A stretch of DNA of 64,000 nucleotides from Paramoeba atlantica. Its lineage: Eukaryota > Protista > Discosea. A program made the translations under genes and the position numbers. The notes below the pieces were generated by a model. That model did no database searches, was not told the origin of the DNA, and saw nothing but the letters and a program-made list of their open reading frames with translations. The stretch covers positions 124,001 to 188,000 of the forward strand of contig CDRNVI010000030.1 of the NCBI GenBank assembly GCA_977017575.1. Reading direction: 5' to 3'. This document shows, piece after piece, positions 57,550 to 64,000 of this stretch (positions are counted from its first letter, which is position 1; each line of letters opens with the position of its first letter).

Positions 57550-58573
57550 TAGATAAGAAAGAGAAAATGAAGAAAGGAAAATATCTGGACTATCTTTAAT
57601 CCTTCGTCGTTGTTTACGCAGACCAGTGATTCACTCTCGATAAAAACCCGATTCGTTAAATGCATTGAACGAAAAGCAGAGGCGTGTAGCCTTGGGGAGT
57701 GGAAAAAACCTTGGGGATACTCGTTTTCCATTATGTGCCCCATTTTGTAGCAAGGGGAAATAAAAAACAAGCCTGGCGCGTTGTTTATTGAATTGCCTCT
57801 ATATTCCCTATGAGATGGGGATGTATTGAAGAGACTGTAGAGCTAGGCTCCATATTAAAATCATGATAACAATCGGCCAGCGGGGATTGATATTCCAAAA
57901 TATATACTGTACCCCCGTACTTCAGAGTCCGCCGATTTTGGGCATTTCGACTCCTAAGTGGGGGGTCAGATTTTCCGGACTCTAAAGTGGGAGTCAGCAT
58001 TTCTTCATAAAATTACAATTTGGCCTTTTTTTTTCTATCTTTTTCTCCAATGAAGGTCGGCGTCTGTACTATCGATAACATAGCAGTGCCAGGGAAGATC
58101 AGGAGGAGGTCGTCATCATACTTCCCCATTACGCACTCGCATCAGGAGTGCTAAATTTTATAAATTTCCACAATTCTAGTCTAGTTAAGGTGAGGAGGGG
58201 GTTGATGAGAATGGTTGTGTAGCACGTCTGCCCGTAGTGTGCTCTTTCCTCGGAGTACCATTGTGCAACTTTTAAAAAAATGTTTCACAATAAATAATTC
58301 ACAAATTTTTTATGCACAAGTTTTTGTGCAGAGGATCATTCCTTTGGGTTTCCCGATCGCAAGAGCCTTCAACCGGAATAATTCACCCACATTGTTGTTC
58401 CGTTATTTAAAAAATGCATTTTTAGAATTTGGGAGAAAAAATGCAGACATAAAAAAATTTACCCGAAAAAAAATTTACAAATTTTTGTTTTCCTGTCACA
58501 CAGGTCCAATCCATCCGCGCGTGCTTAAAAATATCTTTTTACACTATAGAAAACAAGAAAGCATTCTCCTTTT

Positions 58574-59335
58574 CTAAAAGTTCCAAACATCGGAATCAAA
58601 AACGTACCTCAGAGGCAAAAAGCTCGCATAAGACCCGCGAGACGGTAGTTTTCTTATTTTTGTACCATGAATGTCAATGTCGCGTTCAAACCATGTTGGA
58701 TCAAACTCACCCCAGAGATTTGGGTTGTTGTAGACGCACAGAAATATGTTCTGCGGAAGTATACGAAAATCCACAGGTCCTGAGAAATTGTTGTCGCTTA
58801 GGATAAACCCTTTTATTGTGAGCGGTAGTGCTCCAAAGTCCAGAGAACCCGAGAGCTGATTGTGTCCTACTTGCAACGACCGGAATACAGGTGGTAGTGA
58901 ATGCAGAGAAATGGTCCCATGTAGGCTGCATCTATCTAATTGCAGGGTTTCTAGCTGTTCCGGCATACTTTCTAATCTTAAAAAACCACCAAACGTGTTT
59001 CCGCTACCAATGAAAAATCTGATATTCGGGGGTAACCACTCGAGTACGATCTCGTCCCTTAGTCTGTTGTCAGAAATAGATAAAGAACGGCACTTTACGT
59101 TTTCTAGATGCATCCAACCTGGAATTCCGCTGAGAGAGAGCGCAGACCAATCAATTCGGCGAATCTCACCTCTCGCATCGCACTCCACCCTATCCCATTC
59201 ACATACGGGAGTATCCGTATTCCACGAAGGATGTGTGTTATCTACGTCGCTTAGAAATTGAGCTAAATAATATTCCTCTGGCAGCTTTGCTCGCGGCTTC
59301 CCTAATCGGGTATGTGGTAGTAAAGTCTCTGCCAT
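58574..59335 (-). CDS. LRR protein, 253 aa (subfamily B)
   Basis: GKPRAKLPEEYYLAQF, PVCEWDRVEC, tail LPLRYVFDSDVWNF. Confidence 0.93.
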   Translation of the reverse strand: MAETLLPHTRLGKPRAKLPEEYYLAQFLSDVDNTHPSWNTDTPVCEWDRVECDARGEIRRIDWSALSLSGIPGWMHLENVKCRSLSISDNRLRDEIVLEWLPPNIRFFIGSGNTFGGFLRLESMPEQLETLQLDRCSLHGTISLHSLPPVFRSLQVGHNQLSGSLDFGALPLTIKGFILSDNNFSGPVDFRILPQNIFLCVYNNPNLWGEFDPTWFERDIDIHGTKIRKLPSRGSYASFLPLRYVFDSDVWNF

Positions 59336-60354
59336 GTGACGTACAGGACTAAGGAGTAAAGTTTAAAACAAAAAAATTGTTTTTTCCCAATTCCAAAAAA
59401 GGCCACCGAAACCACCCACCGAAAAAAAATCCTATACAGAATTAATTTAGATGAAAATAGACTGAATTATTTCAGTATTATGTAAGCGAGTGATTCAGCA
59501 TTATATTTTTGCTACTTACATGACTCTACTCTACCCCGTTTGCATGGGCTGCAAACTGTCTGACCTCATCATCGAATTTTATACTCGTAAAAATAACCGT
59601 AATAAAATCCACTCGTATTTGAATATTTCACTGTATCTTTCGTCGAAATTGAATGACGCACTTACTGACAAACGTTTGCTTCCTATCTACGAATCATGAT
59701 TCTCATTTTTTTTCAAAGCTCATCGAAAACTTTCATGTAAAGTGGGCTCATAGAATCGTGTTCTCAGTGTTCTGAGAACAAAGAGCAGTTCTCGGAACAA
59801 CATACAGTATAGTATTCCTAGTATGGTATATTGTATGGTGAACAGAATTTTTTTGTACACGCGCATGTATCTATCGATGTATTTCTATTCTGAATATAAC
59901 TGTGCACAACTCTTAAATTTAGAATTCATTTTTTTAAGAAAAGATTCTGAAAATTTTCTCTGTAAACTAGTACGCTACTTATCCTCTCGTGACCCAGAGG
60001 TTTCACCACAAAAGAGGATAAGTAGGTTTTCTAAGGGGGGAAGGGGGTAACGGTAGTTGGGAACATTGGATGACATGGTGGTGGAAGACTGGATCCGACA
60101 AGTTCGAAATATTTGGGGTGACTAAAAAACAAATGTGCAAAAATTCAATTACTTCTCTTCTTGATATTTTTTACAATGTTTCCTTTTAAGCGCTTTGTAA
60201 ACGGGGAGGCAGTTTTCAACTCGAAACGCGCATCATTAGTGAATTCTACATTGAAAACAATTACCGCATTAAACAAATCAACCAGAAAGGAAAAATTAGA
60301 ATTGTACCGCAATGCTACTGTACTACAGTCACATTGCATCTAATCTTCATTTGT

Positions 60355-61112
60355 TCAGCATGCTACAATGTCTGTGCCTTCGATGTTGAACCGATCTCCG
60401 TCCGCAAGGTGGAACTTGTATTTGAATCGTGGGAAGAATTTTTCTTTTGTTCGCATTTTCTTCGGCATGCGTGACGCACGATACACACCACTCAAATTTG
60501 GATTGAAGGAAAGTTCGAGTGAATACAGATTACGTGGCAAGTGGTCTAAGTCAACTACACCGTGAAATTGATTCATCATGAAGTCCATGACCTCCAATGA
60601 GCTTGGCAGCTGAGTAAAATTTAACTCTCCCGTTAAACTATTCACTCCAAGGGACAAGAGGCTCAGCGTCGCTGGCAAACTGCTGAGATCAATGGACCCC
60701 ACAAATTTATTTTGATGCAATGACAAATTCTTAAGTCGAGGAGGCAGATCACAAAAATTTAATGACCCCGAAAACAGGTTTTGGTAAAGAGTAATCGAAC
60801 GAAATTCACAAGGCAAGTGTTCCGTGGGAGATGGGCCTGATAGTTTGCTTGTACTTACGTGAAAAGAAAGCAACGTACTTGGCAACTTCCAGCATAGCTT
60901 CCCACGCAAGCTATCTTTTGCTTCTGACCGAAACGCTATGCGGCTCACGTCGCCTTCCTCCATGCATGTAATACCTTGCACGATGGGTCTGGATTCTCCA
61001 CCCCCTTCACTAATCCAGCCAGTATGTATTCCTGCGGGAGTGGGGCCGTAGCCTTGCCGAGTCGTGCTGACTTTGTGTCAGGATCTGCCGTTACAATTGG
61101 TTCAGGAGACAT
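60355..61112 (-). pseudogene. LRR gene frameshifted by a short deletion in the N-cap
   Basis: MSPEP...LPQEYILAGL..ENPDPS is out of frame with GITCMEEGDV...; the WxxxxPACEW segment is missing. Confidence 0.85.
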
Positions 61113-61359
61113 ATAGGCTAAGAAGTACGCATAGGCTAAGAAGAAACTTACGATACAATTCAAGGACAACAATACAAAACGGTTGATTTAAAAGCAGTTC
61201 AGTTGATTTAGATTTAGAAGTTGACTATATCGAAATCACCGAGTTTGGAGACGACTTTTTATCCTCTCATGCCTCACTTCCTTATCGCACTTGCCTTGCT
61301 GCACTAGCGATCTTTTTCGCGAAATAGAGGAGAATCTTAAAATCACAAACTCCTTGGTT

Positions 61360-62520
61360 CTAAGGTAAAAGCTCGATCTCAGTTCCTGTCACATCTATCC
61401 CCTCGGCAGTACACATCCACTCCTTTATTTTACCTAACAGTCCTGAGTTGTTTTCTAAATGGAGAAACCTCAAATCCTTTGGAAGACTGTCAAACAGAAC
61501 GATACCTGTAAACTGGTTATTGCGGTGGTTGTATAACTACCGCTGTACACTCGATTATTGAAAAAAAAGTGGACAGAAAAAGTGAAAATATAAAGCAGAA
61601 CACAGTAATATAATAAAGAAAAAAAATATTTGGGGGGGCTCCGGTGGACCAAAATTAAAAAAAAAGGGGGTCTAGGGGGGATCCATGGGGGGGTCTCGGG
61701 GGCGGGTCTAGGGGGGGGCATACCGCACGAATTTTTTTTCGAAAAAATTATTTTTCGAAAAAAACCCGCAGAAGGGGTAGCCGGAGTCTTGGCGCGTATT
61801 TTCCACCCCCCTACCCGTGGGTGACCCCCCTGCGTATCCGCAGGACGGGTCCGCCAAGTTCGGATTTCTTCGGAAAAAAAAATGTGAAAAAAATGGCAAA
61901 GAAAATATTTTTTCAAAATTCTTTGCCCTATTGTATTTTGATAGCTTGGGACCTATGCTGGCTTTCCACGCCGTTGGTTTCGCAAGATATCCCTTCTTCG
62001 AACCCTGGTAGGCCTCCCAAAATGACATATTTTCGACTAAAAAATGCGAAAAAGTATTTTTCGAACCCAAAGGGGTGTTTTTGTGTCGAAAGAATGATGT
62101 GGTCATGCGTACGAGTGATTTCCCCCGCCGAAATGTCGGATTTAGTGCTCTGAGAGCGTACGTAGAAATGTCCCTATTTTTACCTAAAAATCGGCTATTT
62201 TTGGCTCAAATCCTTCCGTTTTCTTCCGCGTTCCTGGCCAATTTTTCTCTTTAGGCTCTTCGTTAAACGCGGTGGTAGTTTTCAACGCGAAGCGCGCAGC
62301 ATGAGTGACTTCTAAGTTAAAAATAACCACCGCGTTTAACGAGGAGCCTAAAGAGAATTGCGACACGAGAACAATAAGAGTCCAGCGGGTAAGTCCAGCG
62401 GGTAACGCAGATGTGTCTAAGCCACGTGTGAATTGATTGTATGGTACCACCAAGAAGGCTAGGTGGGAAGGAAGCATCTCAAAAAGGTACCCCCCTGGTA
62501 AAGTGATTTTTTTCTGCTCG
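61360..62520 (-). pseudogene. LRR relic split by a full-length HINE-like element
   Basis: Removing 61520-62357 restores PAGLLLFSCRNNQFTGIVLFDSLPKDLRFLHLENN...GTEIELLP*. Confidence 0.85.
61520..62357 (-). mobile_element. Full-length (838 bp) HINE-like element
   Basis: Empty site tgtcgcaa^taaccag; starts TTCTCTTTAGGCTC, about 42-bp-stem hairpin at 62245-62357, ends ccaccgcaa. Confidence 0.78.
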
Positions 62521-63028
62521 AATTTGACGAAATGTGGCCCATAAATACCTCCACTGGAGGGAGCCTTTGAGTCCCACATCGGTCCACTCGATCCCGACAA
62601 CTTCGAGATTTGTTGCACAACGCACACCTGTTCAGTCACACGCAGGTACGTATGTGTTCCAAGAGGAATCAGAATTTTCAATATCTGTGGTAAATTTCGT
62701 ATTCCTGGGGTAAGTTCGCTATAATGCTTGTGAAAAATATTGTTTCGATTGGTTAATTCTATCCTGGTTATTTTCGTGACAAATCACCTGAACGGAAAAC
62801 TCACAAGGAATGTACAACGTATTACAACATGCAGTGTAGGTGTGCCCGCAACACAATGAGGCGAATTTTGACGCTTTTGTAGTTTCACCCGACCCCGAGT
62901 ACATTAGGAAAGAGTCCATAAGGAAGAAAGAGGTGGAAAACACCCACCGCAATACAGTGTAAAGGTGCAATGTGCCTATAAAGGTCAAATCCCCTGATGC
63001 CTTCATGTTAACCTCTACAAATATTTCC

Positions 63029-63943
63029 TCAATTGCTTTTTACGGTTATCCGTGTGCCATCCACGCCGAGAAGCTTCCTTCCCGCGCGCTCATCCTGCAA
63101 ACTGATGTTCTTCAACCCCTCGGGCAGCAAATCCGGATCGATTTCACCACAAAGTTCAGCATTACGGCTTAGCACAAGAAAACGCAAGCCCTCGGGGAGG
63201 TCATGAAAAAAGACTGTGCCACTGAAATCGTTATTCGCACAATCTAAAACTTCCATCGACGAAGGTAAATGCTGCAAACAAAGTGATCCGTAAAATTCGT
63301 TTTTCGAAAGGTCCAGATAAAATAGCTTTTGTGCAAGATGCGTGAGATCCACGACCCCGGTGAATCGATTACGACGAAGAAACAGATAAGACAGCGTCCC
63401 GGGGAGGTTAGTTAAATCAACATTCCCCTCTAACTCGTTGTCATGCAGCATTAATTCAAATAACAAGCTCGGGAGCTCGGTGAGCACCACAGCCCCATGC
63501 AACCGATTCCCACTTAACGCAAACTGTTTCGACATTTCCGGGAGATGGGCCAAATCGAGGACACCGGAAAACTCGTTATGTCGGATATCCAACATAGTGA
63601 GCGCCCCCGGGAGTTGCTCCAGGGCTACCGCTCCGCTCAGCGCGTTATCCATCATGGACAGATGGAGCAGCGTGGGGCACAGAAACTCCCAGCGTAGGGA
63701 CCCGGTAAGACGGTACCGCACCCAATCGATGGCGACAACTTTTTGGTCTTTCGAACAACTCACCCCACCCCACTCGCACGCCGAGAGGGAGGTGTTCCAG
63801 GAGGGATCGGGATAGATAATGTCCGCCGTGAACTGCGCAAGTTCGTATTCCTGGGGTAGCTGCGTTCCCCGTATTTTACTGGGGCGTTTCGCTGTGATGA
63901 TGCTACGCTCCGGAAGATCCATAGCCTCAGAAAATGAAAGCAT
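63029..63943 (-). CDS. LRR protein, 304 aa
   Basis: SKIRGTQLPQEYELAQF, SACEWGGVSC, LRRs. Confidence 0.93.
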   Translation of the reverse strand: MLSFSEAMDLPERSIITAKRPSKIRGTQLPQEYELAQFTADIIYPDPSWNTSLSACEWGGVSCSKDQKVVAIDWVRYRLTGSLRWEFLCPTLLHLSMMDNALSGAVALEQLPGALTMLDIRHNEFSGVLDLAHLPEMSKQFALSGNRLHGAVVLTELPSLLFELMLHDNELEGNVDLTNLPGTLSYLFLRRNRFTGVVDLTHLAQKLFYLDLSKNEFYGSLCLQHLPSSMEVLDCANNDFSGTVFFHDLPEGLRFLVLSRNAELCGEIDPDLLPEGLKNISLQDERAGRKLLGVDGTRITVKSN

Positions 63944-64000
63944 TATGCGAGCTTAAATTGCAGCAATTGTTTTTATTTAGAGTAATTAGAGTGCACGAAA

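Overview
Repeat-rich eukaryotic (protist-like) DNA; the organism cannot be identified from this window. No rRNA, tRNA, CRISPR array or operon structure was seen. The backbone is an array of about 18 intronless leucine-rich-repeat (LRR) genes, all on the minus strand: 11 intact and about 7 broken or split by insertions. There is also one intronless ABCF2/Arb1-like gene with Thr/Pro- and Gly/Arg-rich expansions and three truncated 5' duplicates. Transposons fill the rest: (1) a complete 2631-bp PIF/Harbinger(PHIS)-type element (6842-9472) with intact DDE transposase, a 3-bp target duplication and an unusual zinc-ribbon partner ORF, which splits an otherwise in-frame LRR gene; (2) a hairpin-ended, Helentron/HINE-like non-autonomous family inserting at A^T; (3) Tc1/IS630 elements with long DD42E/DD46E spacing, plus pogo and hAT relics; (4) Sola2-like and TA-flanked MITEs; (5) CRE-clade and RLE-type non-LTR retrotransposon relics; (6) 2A-like (StopGo) motifs. 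All family assignments come from motifs read by eye; no database search was run.
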